From NCBI GenBank assembly GCA_964016885.1, contig OZ024745.1, positions 108,128,001-108,192,000 of the forward strand: DNA of 64,000 bases. Direction: 5' to 3'. The notes beneath the pieces were generated by a model. That model did not search any database and had not been told where the DNA came from. It was given only the letters and a program-made list of their open reading frames with translations. The stretch's first letter is position 1; each line of letters opens with the position of its first letter. Shown in pieces: positions 1 through 12,417 of this stretch. The position numbers were made by a program, and so were the translations under genes. This DNA comes from Eledone cirrhosa. Lineage: Eukaryota.

Positions 1-91
1 CAGTACACACTAGTACACCATATAATCACTAGCGTACAGATAGCACAGTACAGTACACACTAGTACACTACATAATCACTAGCTCACAGAT
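1..91. repeat. End of a 50-bp tandem repeat
   Basis: cagtacacactagtacac..ataatcactagc.. starts at 1 and again at 51. Confidence 0.75.
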
Positions 92-315
92 GCATGAGTT
101 TCTTTATTAACCTTTTCTATTGCTACTACAATGGCCTCTGCTCTTCTGAACTGCATAGTTACATTTTCCTTCCACCTAAAACCATCTAACCCTTGTGCTT
201 CCTTTCTTCCCACCACATTTACTAAGGTCTTATCTCGTAAACTTTATATGAAATTTCTTTCCCAGTCTTACCTGTCTGGAACTAGAACCCTTTGTAATTT
301 GGACAGTACATTTAA

Positions 316-532
316 CCCTTTAGAATTTAAATGAGCCATATCCGGCCAGAATTCTCTCACCTCTTTCTGTTCAAACCGGCTGTAACTGGCCACTCTGATG
401 TTAAGGTATAGTCCTCAAAATAATAAACATCAAAATCTCATAGATTCGATATTATGTGAGATAATTATGTGAAGTAAAGCCTTTACCATGAAAATACAAT
501 AGTAAATATAGAGTAATGTAAATGCTAAAGGA
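316..532 (-). mobile_element. piggyBac-type MITE (~215 bp), copy 1
   Basis: TTAA at 312-315 and 533-536; termini CCCTTTAGAATTTA / TAAATGCTAAAGGA; four other copies in the window. Confidence 0.8.
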
Positions 533-997
533 TTAACTCTATACATATCAGTTTACAAAGCTCTCAAGAATAAATACAAACTTTCATGATAATGCTTTTC
601 CCATCTTCTATTCAGGTAAAATACCTATTATCAACTCCACATCAAGAAACTGGCATTAAGCACTAACCCATAAAAGTCATTCAAGTCTTTGAAGTATCTG
701 TATCTGTATATCTATTTGTCTTTTGTTAGCCATTATTTCTAGTTTAACAGTTCTTAACTTTTACCAATGGTGGGTATTTTAAGTTTTCAGAGACAATAAA
801 AAAAATATATATATGAAAAGGAAAAAAAACAGTTTTCAATCAAAACAAGTTGAAATCTAAAACTAATAGAGATTTTTAAAATAATAAAAATAAGATAAAA
901 ATGAAATGCAAATAAATATTTTACAAATATTCAAAATATTTTAAAGTTGTTTTCTCTTTTGGTAGTCATTGCTGGAAACAAAACATTGCAATAATAT

Positions 998-1195
998 TGG
1001 TTTCTGATTTAGGCACAAGGCCAACAATTCGGGAGGAAGGGAAAGTTGATTAAATCGACGCCAGTGCATTACTGGTACTTTATTTTATCGACCCCGTAAG
1101 AATGAAAGGCAAAGCTAACCTCGGCAGGATTTGAACTGAGATTGTAAAGAGTCATAACACTATGCCATAAAAGATGTTGTCTGTTGCTTCACTGC
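998..1195 (-). mobile_element. tRNA-derived SINE family A (longer subfamily)
   Basis: Shared core gcctttcat.cttacggggtcgataaaataaagtaccag and tail ggccttgtgcctaa. Confidence 0.85.
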
Positions 1196-1705
1196 CCTCA
1201 AACATTGCAATAATATTAGCGCATAACATATTCAGAACAGAAACAGTAAATACCAGACTTAGTGAATGTTTAACACTAAGTAAGTTGCAACATAATAATA
1301 TATGGAGTTAATGATGACTCTGCAGAGTGAAGGATTTCACATCCATTTCCATGCTGAATGTTCCAGTTCTTCAATCAACAGAACTACTTATTGAGTTATA
1401 GTTGTGGTCAAGCATTACACAAACACTTATATAATTAATGAAGACTGCAGACAGAATCAATGTGATACAAAGCTGAGTTTGGAATTTCAGATAATATTCA
1501 CTGGATAGACTTCTAAAGTTTCCATAGATCCAGTTTTACTTGCAATGCATGGGTCAATCCAAGGCTATTTGACCAACATGTTGTGTATTGGGATCATACC
1601 CAGAAGATCATGGTTATGAATTAAACTTAACCATTTGGGACGCACACACACATGCACATAAAAGTGTAAAGGCTAATTCTTTCTTTCAAATACCTCTTTC
1701 CTACT

Positions 1706-2092
1706 CACCCCATCCTCATATCTGAGGATTGGGGGTCATGGACTTATGGACCAGCACTTTTTATCTTTTCCGGTCCCTTGTCATTGTCATACATTCCGCC
1801 GAACTCCTTCCTGTCCATTCCTTAATATCATCTGTCCATTCCTTAATATCATCTGTCCATCTCCTTTTCTGCCGTCCCCTGGCGCTTTTCCCCTGTATTC
1901 ACCCCTCAAGGATGTGGGTAGTCAAATTTTGGGCCCTGATGACATGACCAAAATACTGAGGTTTCCTTTTCCTTACTGTTTCAACCAACTGTTGATTGGC
2001 ACCAATCTCTTCCAGGACAAATTCATTTGTTCTGTGAGCTGCCCAGCTAATTCTAAGTACACGCCTATAGCATGACATTTCAAATGCACTCC
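1706..2092 (-). mobile_element. 3' fragment of an RTE-clade LINE with an internal 21-bp tandem duplication
   Basis: Minus translation AFEMSCYRRVLRISW..RTNEFVL..YFGHVIR..ILEG..RGRQKRRWTDDIKEW, typical of RTE ORF C-termini. Confidence 0.8.
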
Positions 2093-2295
2093 GTCATTTC
2101 AAGTCAGATGCCTTTAAACTTCATGACTCACCACCATATAGAGCTACCATGGATGAGAATATATGCATGCAAATACACATGGTTACTAGAAATCGTCCAG
2201 ATGCACAGGTGCCAGCATACACATATATATACAATGACACACTAAAACATAGGAATGATCACACAAAATGATACAAACACACATGGAATACTTAC

Positions 2296-2382
2296 AAAGT
2301 TATATGATGTCTAAGGTTGATTGAATCAATACGGTGTTGACTGATAGTTTCATTCAGTTTTGCACATTCAGCTTTGAAGGAT
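2296..2382 (-). CDS. Candidate 87-bp internal exon (phase 2-2), xSFKAECAKLNETISQHRIDSINLRHHIT
   Basis: tttcAG acceptor, GTAAGT donor, length divisible by 3, only one open frame; no recognised homology. Confidence 0.35.
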
Positions 2383-2751
2383 CTGAAATTAAATCATAGA
2401 TCTTGAGTCAGATGCATGGTCAATCCATCTGCTAGAAATAGCAGCTGAATCTTTCTCATATCACAACTTACTGTCTTAAAAAAGGTGTTACATATTAAAT
2501 AATATAGACCAAGATAGTTTGTTGAGGAGAAGAAGGAAGGAAATGCAGGATAGTTATGGCTGGAATCACTTTGATCACAGGTCATCTTTGCCAGAACAGT
2601 CCTATGGCAAAACAACAAAAAAAAAAGAGAAAAACAATGGTCTAATTTTCAAATGCAAAAAATAATAATGATAATAATAAAATGAAAGAAATTTTTAAAA
2701 ATTAAACATCAAAGTAGAAAGCAAAAACAAAGAATTCCATTTCATTTATAG

Positions 2752-2765
2752 TCAAAGACCTCATG
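2752..2765 (+). CDS. Candidate 14-nt microexon (xQRPH) upstream of the terminal exon at 3133
   Basis: ttccatttcatttatAG acceptor, ATG|GTAAGA donor; phase-compatible with 3133. Confidence 0.3.
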
Positions 2766-3132
2766 GTAAGAAATATCTCTAAAACAAAGACACAGCAGGA
2801 GTTACGACTCATCACAATGGTGGTGATGATGGCAACGGATCATCATTATTGTCATCACAATATATGGCAGTGGATTAAGCAGTATCGGTAGAGAGTCAGA
2901 CACCATGCTTAGCAGCATAGAGTTATGGCCCTTTACGTTCCGAGTTCCAATCCCACTGAGGTTAACTGTGCCAAAAGTAGAAACAATTGCTGTCATCACA
3001 ACACTTGGTTTCTTGGGAAGCTCTGACTTTGTAATTGTCACCAGAGTAACAAATGAGTTAAAAACTGAACACAATTTATTTTTTTTTTAAATTTCATTTT
3101 GTGTTTTCTTTAAAATTTTCTTTTTAATGCAG

Positions 3133-3209
3133 GAGGGTATGGTGGTGGTACAGTAGATTTAGAAGAGGAAATGGTTTCTGTTCAAGAATCAGAATCAGGC
3201 ACCACATAA
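3133..3209 (+). CDS. Candidate terminal coding exon (G)GYGGGTVDLEEEMVSVQESESGTT* of a gene entering from the left
   Basis: Long polypyrimidine tract ending gcAG, protein-like frame to TAA at 3207-3209, AATAAA at 3260-3265. Confidence 0.5.
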
Positions 3210-3875
3210 CACAGTATAACAACGTTGACACACAGCAAGAAAATTACATTCCCACCCTCAATAAAAATCTTCTCCAATTACTTAACTTTTGTTTGTTTAG
3301 TTTAGATGGTTCTTCTTGAATCTATACTTTTATATATTTATTGTTGTAGTAGTAGGAGTAGTAGTAGTAGTAGTAGTTGTAGGTGGCGTTGCTGGTGGTG
3401 ATGGAGTCTTGATACAAAAACTCCAAACCATTTTCCTGTTTCTGTTTTTGCCCAATTAGTAAGTTAACCGATAATATAAAGAGTTCCACCTGCGGTAGTA
3501 AATATATGTGTGTGTGTATATATGCCTACATGATAAAGACAGAATGAGAGAGAAAGTGTATAAATGCACATACAAGCATACATACATACATATATATATA
3601 TATACACACACATATATATAGACACGTGTGTGTGTGTGTGCACTGCATTTGATTATTTCTAAGTAAAAGGTGTCCCTAATCATATTGTCCCTACTTTGTA
3701 TTAATGTGTTCCCTAAAGGGCATTCCATTCATCAAATAAGAACAGCAGTACTTGACCAGTTCCGTCCCCAAATCAGGTAACCCTTTTCCTTCCAGTGGGG
3801 ATCTACAAATAAAAGGGTTGTGATATACATGTATGTAAGTAACTATTAGGAAATGATACAGACAGATGTGAGGGA

Positions 3876-3911
<36 letters not shown>

Positions 3912-4171
3912 TGTGTGTGTGTAATAATGATAAACCAAATGATTAAACAGTGTGCTGAGCTGGGAGGTTAGCCAGCTGTCTCATGTATCACTAAATTGGA
4001 ATGCAACTGACTCCCTCATAGAAACCCACTAACATTGACCAAACTGCAATATACAGGGTTATATGTTAAACATGGGTGTATGTATAAGCATAGAGACATA
4101 GATACACCTATCCAAGTGTATTTACATACATATATATATTTATTTATTTACACACACACACACATATATAT

Positions 4172-4220
<49 letters not shown>

Positions 4221-4537
4221 TATATATATATATATACACATCTACATATATATGTACACACATCTACATATATATGTACACATACACACACATGCGCATA
4301 TATATATATATATACACACACAAACACACAAACACACATGCATGTTTTAAACAAGGTATGTTATATGCTGAAAACATTTTTGCATAATCCCAAGAGTGGG
4401 AGGGGGGGGGGGGGAACAAAACATGAAGTTGTGGTGTACATGCTTTTACCAAGTGAAAGTAAGTGAAGCAAAAGTGTTACATGTTCTTGTACATTGTAAC
4501 TTAAAATCAAATTAACGTGTATGTGAGTTTATATATA

Positions 4538-4881
4538 CAGGTAAAATTCTGTTATAATTGTTTCTATGTTAGGCACAAGGCCAGCAAATACTCAGTGTAT
4601 TACTGGTACTTTATTTTATCGACCCCGTAAGGATGAAAGGCAAAGTTAACCTCGGCGGGATTTGAACTCAGAATGGCAAGGGCCGTAACTCTATGCGTCA
4701 AAGCATGGAGTCCGACCCTCTACCAATACTGCCAATCCATTATAACGAATTTTTCAGTATAACGAAATGATTTTCAACCCCTGCCTACATGCTTGCTGTG
4801 TTTGGACGATCTCGTTATAAAGAATTTTTTGTTACAAATCTTTTTATAACCTGTGAATTTCGTTATAACGGAATTTTACTG
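4538..4881. mobile_element. Tc1/mariner-pogo-type MITE interrupted by a SINE A copy (4558-4739)
   Basis: TA flanks; TIR CAGGTAAAATTCTGTTATAA / TTATAACGGAATTTTACTG; SINE flanked by a TTATAA duplication; the same TIR starts at 63966. Confidence 0.75.
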
Positions 4882-4954
4882 TATGTATTTGTATATATGT
4901 ATACATGTATCTGTTTGTGTGTGTGTATATGTGTATGTGTGTGTATATATATAT

Positions 4955-6130
4955 TAGTCTTAGTCTTAGATTCTTCCGCGCTATTCGGCGCATCAAGCAG
5001 TAAGTACACGCCAATGGTCACGATCAGCGGCAACTTTTTCGAGACCATGCCAGGTGATGTTGGCTGCCATCAGGTTCTTCCAGAACGTTCGTCACCAGTT
5101 GATCCTTGGGCAACCCCGCCTCTGTTTACCGCCAGGCAGAGTCCAGTTCATCGCTGTTTCGAATGCCGTTCATTTGGCAGACGCGGAATATGGCGGCCAG
5201 CCAGACGGCACCGATGCTCCGTGACCACTCTCTGTAGTGACTCCTCTCTGTAGTGACCCCTCTCTGTAGTGACCCCTCTCTGTAGTGACCACTCTCTGTA
5301 GCGTCTATGACTCGGCTCTCCGCAGGATCTCCTCGTTTCGCACCAGGACACACGAAGGATCTTTCGCTGGCACCGCTGGTGGAAAGCATTCAGCCTTCTC
5401 TCTATTTTTGCCGTACTCTTCCAGGTCTTGCTCACATAAAGCACTGTCGGCAGCACGATGCTCTTGTACAGGTGGAGCTTGGTCTTGGTGCTAATGCATG
5501 AAGACGACCAGACTGGGCACAGCCGCTGGAAAACTGTGGCTCCTTTGCCGATCAGACAGTTGATGTCGAGCTCCGTGTCACCGCTGCCTGTCAGGATGCT
5601 GCCCAGATAGGTGAAGTGATCGACTTCCTCGAGGTCCTGTTGGTTGACTCTGATCACTGGACCTGTGTTGCTGGCCGTTCTCATGACCTTGGTCTTTTTA
5701 GTGTTGATTCTCAGGCCGATCTTTTCCGCACTCTCTTGTAGGGATGTTGTTAGGGCCTGCAGATCTGCACTGTTTTCAGCGATCACAGCGATGTCGTCGG
5801 CGAATGCCAGGTCCCTCAGCCTCGACTGCCCTCTCCATGGGATTCCTCGACCGGGTCCTTCATCCATTCGCCTTAGTACGAAATCGGCTGCCAGCAGGAA
5901 CAACAGTGGAGAGAGAATGCAACCCTGTCTGACTCCAGAGACAATGTCAAAGAACTCCGTCACACCGGACTCAGTCGGCATGCTGCAGTTGGAGTTTTTA
6001 TACAGAGCCTTGAAAATGGCGATGAATCTTGCAGGAATGCCGTATAGTTGCGCAACATTCCACAGCGACTCCCAGTGTACACTGCCGAATGCCTTCTGGA
6101 AATCAATAAAATCAATAAAATTGACCGCCA
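4955..6130 (-). mobile_element. 5'-truncated RTE-clade LINE reverse transcriptase region with (CTAAGA)n tail
   Basis: ORF 5148-6188 motifs FIDFQKAF, GVRQGCILSPLLF, LAFADD, KTKVM, FTYLGS; a 16-bp x5 repeat at 5221-5301 disrupts the C-terminus. Confidence 0.92.
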
Positions 6131-6225
6131 AACACAGAGATGTACAAACAAGAAATGACAAGACAAAGACAGAGATGTACAAACACAAAGTCTTAGTATC
6201 ATGCTCAGCACGAAGTAGAAGAGGG

Positions 6226-6260
6226 TTTGACGTTTCGGATATAAGTCCTTCTTCAGGAAA
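6226..6260 (-). ncRNA. Penelope-type minimal hammerhead ribozyme motif, probably decayed
   Basis: Minus strand CUGAAGA-A-GGA-cuuaua-UCC-GAAA-C-GUC; stem I is weak. Confidence 0.5.
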
Positions 6261-7335
6261 TAGAGAGTTTTGAGAGAGAAAAGATTAGAGCATTGGGGTT
6301 TGAAAAAAAAAAAGGTTTTAAGGCTTGGGGTGGTAGGCAAGTAGTCCAGTATCTAGGAATGGAACCGAAGTGGAGAGTCCAGGTGTGTCATGATGTAGTT
6401 ATGTATGTGCAGATAGAGTGCATTTTATGGGTGTGCATTATTGCTTTTCTGTGTGTGTGAATGTGTTGTTTGTGTTTTGTTGATGGAAGTGTACAGATTA
6501 ACTTCATATTCAACAGAAAATGAAACAGACAGGTAACTGTGAATACTAAGTGTATTTTTTTACACTGATGGTTAATGACAGCAAGTTTAAGAGCTAAATA
6601 AACAAGACCATATTGAAAGGTATGCATGCTAAAAGATGTCTTATAGATGTAGGATCAGTTAAGTCCTCACAGACATATAACAAAGAAAGAAGAACTGCCT
6701 GTACTCTGCCCATATGCTAATATATGCATCATAAGGTCCTTTTTGAGAAATTTATAAAACTAGCTTAAATGGAGTGACGTGTGGAAAACAAATCAATATA
6801 TATATATATAGAAAATATACATATATATAATTTCCCTGGATATAAATCCATGTTTCTAGCTAGAGTACATATATAAAGTTATATATACACACAGCTCACC
6901 TAGCAGATGATAGAGTGGCCAGTATGAGAGGGCCACTAGTTTCTATACATATAAGTGTTGCCAAAAGTTTCACAACTAAGATCAGTTAAAAATTTGAGAG
7001 AAGTCAAATATCATTTCTCTGTGTAAAATCTATATTCTACATATCACTTGATATATCTAATGATGATGTAATTCCTTTGTAGACAGAAACCCTACATTTC
7101 TAGGGTTAGTTATTTCCTCATTACAAAACAATAATCTCTGAATTACAGAAAAGTAATCTCATATTTTTCTGTGTTTAGAAGGAATAGTGGAAAATGTTTA
7201 CACTTCATTCTTTTTACTGTGAGGTTTCTTATTCAAAAATGTAGTTATATCTACATTAAATTTATCTTAATTTTTTTAATATATGTTTTGTTCTAGTATA
7301 TTTATTACACACACACACAAATATATATATATATA

Positions 7336-7517
7336 TAGGAAAATGTTTAACCCCGATGGCAGAGCTCAAGCCGTTTCGATGGCGATTTCTGCGTCCAGAA
7401 ATAGCTGTCGAAACGGCTTGAGCTCTGCCGTCGAGGTTAAGCATTTTCCTATTACCCACTCTACTACCCTAAGTATTGATTACTCTGGTGCGTTATGGTC
7501 CATCTGGTTCCTTACCA
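7336..7517 (+). mobile_element. Unclassified element: 116-bp palindrome plus ~66-bp conserved arm, copy 1
   Basis: TAGGAAAA..TTTTCCTA hairpin at 7336-7451; the arm matches the reverse complement of 59449-59514. Confidence 0.75.
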
Positions 7518-7914
7518 CCCCTCCTTCGTTATATATATATATATATTCATTTATTTTCTTTCCCACACATTTCTGAATTGAAAATAATTAAGACTTACAT
7601 TCCAACTTATACCACACCATTATTCTTAATACTTGCTAGGAATAACCACTCACTAATATACACACCTCATATGTCAGCTACCAGCATATATATATACCAT
7701 ATTACATCTGTTTTTCATCACAGTCATGTATAGAGAAAGTAATTCTAAACAAAGCACATTTGCAAGCGGCTGTAACAGAAAGAGATTATCTTTACTTTTC
7801 ATTAGTTGCTCAGATGATGAGGTATTATGCCCATAGCTTTCTTTTTTAACTCTCTTAGATTGGAATGAGGAGATAACTGAGTGATCTGAATTCAATTTAA
7901 ATTACTACAGAGTA

Positions 7915-8247
7915 GGCACATGGCTTAGTGGTTAGAGCATTGGCCTTGCAATCGAAAGGTTGTGAGTTCAATTCTCAGACCGGGTGATGTGTTGTTTCCT
8001 TGAGCAAGACACTTTATTTCACATTGCTCCAGTTTACTCAGCTGTAGAAATGAGATGATAGGGACTGGGGTCTGCAAAGTGGTCGTGGAGGTGCCACGAC
8101 AAAAAAGCACCCAGCACTCACTGTAAATGAGGTTGGTGTTAGGAAGGGCATCCAGCTGTAGAAATCAAGCCAGAATCAGTTCCTGTCCCACCCTTGCAAG
8201 CAGAGAAAAGTGAACGTAAAATGATGATGATGATGGTGATGATGATG
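7915..8247 (+). mobile_element. tRNA-headed CORE-like SINE family B with RTE-related 3' part and (GAT)n tail
   Basis: A box tggcttagtgg, B box gagttcaattc, ccttgagcaagacacttta core, TSD ACAGAGTA at 7907-7914 and 8248-8255. Confidence 0.88.
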
Positions 8248-8689
8248 ACAGAGTAACTCTTATATAATTCAATAAAAATGTCATTTTTTTCATTCTTTAC
8301 CCAGCTGCTAAAATTTAAAAGTGTATGATACTTAGAAACTCTTTTGTTTATGTGGCTCTTTAAAAAATATTCTTAAACAAAATACAAAACCAGCTCTCCT
8401 TCAATTAGGGTAAATCAAACTAGTAACAGAATAAGCTGTTTTCCTGATATAGCGCCTTTTTATGAAATTAAGCCTTAATACGATAAAAGATGCTAATCAT
8501 TGCATGAATAAATTTTCATGCAGAGTGCAGCACTTAATTATTTAATCATATTTCTAACAAAATACACAACCTATAATTTTCAAATAACTCAAGAATTTGG
8601 AGGGATTTAACTTTCTTATTAGTTATCTGATGTTTGGGGCACACACCCCATGAAGGGGAGTGTCTATTCCAATTCATGTCCCTTGCCAT

Positions 8690-9034
8690 CTCTTCCTGTT
8701 CCGTGGTGGTAAACCACTCGCTTGGGATACCACGTGCAGTGACACATTCTCCAGTGGCAACCTAGTGCAGTCCATGACTAACCCAGGTTCTGCTACACTT
8801 CGGGCTGAGGAGGGTAAACTCTCCAAGTATCGGATGCTCTCCGACAGGTTTGCAGTCGAGCCTCTAGCAGTGGAGACTTCTGGTGTCCTTGGCACTAGGG
8901 CTACCTCCCTACTTACCACCATAAGTGCTGAGCTGGCGAGTCACAGGTGTGAGCCTCGTGCATTGGAATGGCTCTTTCAGCGCATCTCCTTTACCATCCT
9001 CCGGGGAAATGACTTCTCCATTCTGTCCAACTAG
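8690..9034 (+). mobile_element. C-terminal restriction-like endonuclease fragment of a CRE-type non-LTR retrotransposon
   Basis: GKPLAWDTTCSDT..AEEGKLSKY..PLAVETSG..LFQRISFTILRGN. Confidence 0.8.
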
Positions 9035-9044
9035 TATCGCAGTG

Positions 9045-9238
9045 ATAATGATGTTATATCTGATGTTGATTACATTTTTGACCAACAGGATAAAAGCTTC
9101 TTGACCAATGGGATCCAAGTACTGCAACACCATTGGAAAAAGTGTGTGAAATGGGGACTATGTTGAAAAATAAACTTCCTTTGGCTACATTCCATGAGAG
9201 TACCATGGTCAGCCTATGAACTGTTTAGCCACCCCCAT
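9045..9238 (+). mobile_element. mariner transposase 3' end and right terminus, decayed
   Basis: DQQDKSFLTNGIQVLQHHWKKCV..GDYVEK* matches mariner C-termini. Confidence 0.75.
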
Positions 9239-9319
9239 AGTGTAGTATAGTGGTGTAACAGTGTAATGGTGTTGTAGTGTTGTAGAGTAATAAATATAGT
9301 AATGTAAAGGTTGTTGATA

Positions 9320-9530
9320 TCTTAAGCTCCAGGTCAGCCTTGATTCAGCAGATATAGGATTGAAAGCATTCCTGCCATGACTATTCAGTTTTCATTCTGG
9401 ACATAGTGTATCTAGAACTACATTACCCAATCTTATGTTCATGTTTTTAAGATGATAGGGTGTGATTTGAGGGAGATTTGACTGTTACGACAAGCAGACC
9501 ACATGACAAGTAACGAGAAAGAGTCTCTCA
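9320..9530 (+). repeat. Old dispersed repeat family D; other copies near 2400, 26130, 26950, 30970, 44000, 48820, 51420, 54300 and 62700
   Basis: Recurring motifs cagacctatgatcaaa..attccagccatgaccatc and gatttgagggagatttggctgctatttctagc. Confidence 0.65.
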
Positions 9531-9715
9531 TTAGTGTGTGTATGTATGTGGGAGAGGGGTATATTCTCTATCCAGTGCATATGAGTAATGTTCTAGTGTA
9601 TGACAGATTTATGGTTAGTAGAAAAGGCTTATCAGTATTTTCCTGTTCTGGAAAGGTAACACAGCTTGTTGTAAAGCTGTGTCTGGGTAATGTGAAAGAT
9701 GTGCATTCCAGCAGT

Positions 9716-10086
9716 GACTAACTTGTCTTGTCTTTTTAGATGTGTGTAGCTTAGTGGTTAGAATAATGAACTAATGATCATAATTGTTTCTACGTTAGGC
9801 ACAAGGCCAGCAATTACCCAGTGTATTACTGGTACTTTATTTTATCGACCCCGTAAGGATGAAAGGCAATTTTAACCTCGGCGGGATTTGAACTCAGAAT
9901 AGCAAAGGCCGTTACTCTTGCTATTCTGAGTTCAAATCCCGCCGAGGTTAACTTTGCCTTTCATCCTTACGGGGTCGATAAAATAAAGTACCAGTAATAC
10001 ACTGGGTAATTGCTGGCCTTGTGCCTAACGTAGAAACAATTATGATCATTAGTTCATTACTTCTAAAAAGACAAGACAAGTTAGTC
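9716..10086. repeat. Fold-back palindrome of a SINE A copy plus its left flank
   Basis: Arms 9716-9905 and 9918-10086; 17-bp direct repeat at 9768-9784 and 10094-10110. Confidence 0.9.
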
Positions 10087-10547
10087 TAGTTTAGAACTAA
10101 TGATCATAATGGTGTGTATTCAATTCTTTGACTGAGTGGAGCAAAATATTTCATTTCATTTTGCCCCAGTCCATTCAACCGAAAATAAGTACCAGTAGTA
10201 ACTTGGGGTTAATAATGTGATGGACTGGTATTCTGTCCAATGAAAGTAATTTAACATCAATAAATCTGGGATAAGCTCTGGCCTGATGAGCCTCCAAGCT
10301 TGAAATAGATTTAAATATTCAGCGTAATTCCCTATCTAATGTCTCATTTCATTTTCATACAAGATGAGTAATTTGAGGGAGCATTGGCTGCTATTTCTAG
10401 CATGTCAAGCAACAACATAGAAGATACCAGTCACTCAGTAGAAGAGTCTTAGATTCATATTCCATCAATGACACTATGCCATACAATGGGTGGAACACAG
10501 AACATCACCTGCTCCTCTTTACCTGGCAGCAAGACAGGTTAGAGAGG

Positions 10548-10581
<34 letters not shown>

Positions 10582-10583
10582 TG

Positions 10584-10637
<54 letters not shown>

Positions 10638-11111
10638 TGGGGCGAGAGGGGGAAAGAGAGAGAGATTGATAGATAGACAGAGAGAGGGAACAAGCACTGC
10701 AGTGGGTACCGGACTATTGAACTAACAAAAGACGAATATATAATTCTTTGACATAAAATGAGAACACAAAAATACTTACACTGAATTTAACCTAACAATT
10801 TTTTTTTCTTTTTAATTTTACAGTAAAATTTTTAATTTATTTATGATATTTGATTCTTAAAAAAAATGTATGTGAGCATATCATATATATATATTTGTAT
10901 GTGAGCATATCATATATATATTAGTAAAAGGAAAAGAAAATGCTGACAAATTGTTCCCAGTGAAAAATAGTTTAATTAGGAATAAGTAAAAATTAGTAAT
11001 AAGTATTGGTTAGTATTCAGTTTTAGTTTTAAGTTTTTACCGGTTGCGCATTTCTAATGCTTTTCAAAAATAATTTTGAGATAGAGCACCCGTGATGTTT
11101 GCTCTAACCTG

Positions 11112-11185
<74 letters not shown>

Positions 11186-11292
11186 CATCATCATCACCGT
11201 TTAACATCCATTTTTCCATGCCAGCATAGGTTAGACGGGTTGTCCATGATGAGAGATATGTCTGACGAGAATTGGCTATGCCGTAACTCCAT

Positions 11293-11331
<39 letters not shown>

Positions 11332-11361
11332 CACACATACATACACATTCACAAACACATA

Positions 11362-11429
<68 letters not shown>

Positions 11430-11854
11430 CACATACAAATGTATAGAGAGTTGGGGAGAAACAAAAATAAATAGATAAGGAAAAAGTGAAAGTCTATAAC
11501 GAAATAGGATGCAACAGACACATGTGCAATACAACAGGAATATTTAGTTCTCAAGCTTCTACATTACAAAATGAAGATCTCTTTTAAACTTTGAGACAGT
11601 TTACTCTGTGGGGAGGATTACTACATTTGAAAACTGACTACAAAATAACTCCTCAGATCTCAAAGAAGGATTTATTTGAAGAAATAAGAAGATATCTCTT
11701 CTTGTTCTTGGTCTGGACTAAATTACAGTGCTGTTTTCACCAGATGACTTCAGCTCTTGTAACTGAAATATGTTTACAAATACAGCTGATATTAAGATTT
11801 CTGAAGACTATATTCAAGATGGAATTTGTAGTTTACTTGAAGCATTGTGTATGG

Positions 11855-12095
11855 TATATAGAATTTGAAGTTTGAAAGACATGACAAAATCAAAATCTCT
11901 TCTTCTGAGGGAAATAGTATAGCGGGTTCCACCGATTACTGGGTTAGTCCCTTTCATTTCCTTCACAAGAGATTTTGATCTCGAATTATCAGGACCTATA
12001 AATAAATTAAGGTAAAAAACATAACATCTTGTTTTGTCTGATTTCTTTGTTTGTCCATTTCACAGTCATGGCTTTCAAACTTCAAATTCAATATA
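11855..12095. repeat. Nested inverted repeats (possible MITE relic)
   Basis: ~30-bp outer IR at 11855-11885 / 12065-12095; 13-bp inner IR at 11889-11901 / 11967-11979. Confidence 0.65.
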
Positions 12096-12417
12096 TTCAA
12101 GATATTTACTGACAATATAAATTAAAACTATAGGGTGCACATAAATTATATTAATTTTTTTTTTATTTGTAAAGTTTATTGTCATGAATACTGACGAACA
12201 AATATTTTAAAGCAGACTTGATGTCCATTAAGTTAAATTTAAGACCCAGCATATAGAATATTAATGTTTTTATTTATTCCTTTCCAATGAAGGACAGTGC
12301 TAAAAAACAAAGATTCATCACCACTGTTTAACATCCTATATTCCATGCTTGCATAGATTAGACAGTTGTTACATACTGAATCCCGAGCAGTCAGGTGACA
12401 AGGTCCTGCTTGTATGT

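Noticed and set aside
5644-6273. 209-aa plus-strand ORF
   Set aside because: Antisense shadow of the RT ORF; the same applies to 17253-17699 and 60605-61774.
8080-8112. Pistol ribozyme or preQ1 riboswitch resemblance of the pseudoknot module
   Set aside because: Only the generic topology is shared; the additional stems and conserved catalytic or ligand-binding residues are not visible.
10505-10560. Recursive splice site (minus-strand branch point, AG|GTAAAG)
   Set aside because: The pyrimidine tract is a (CT)n microsatellite; no independent support.
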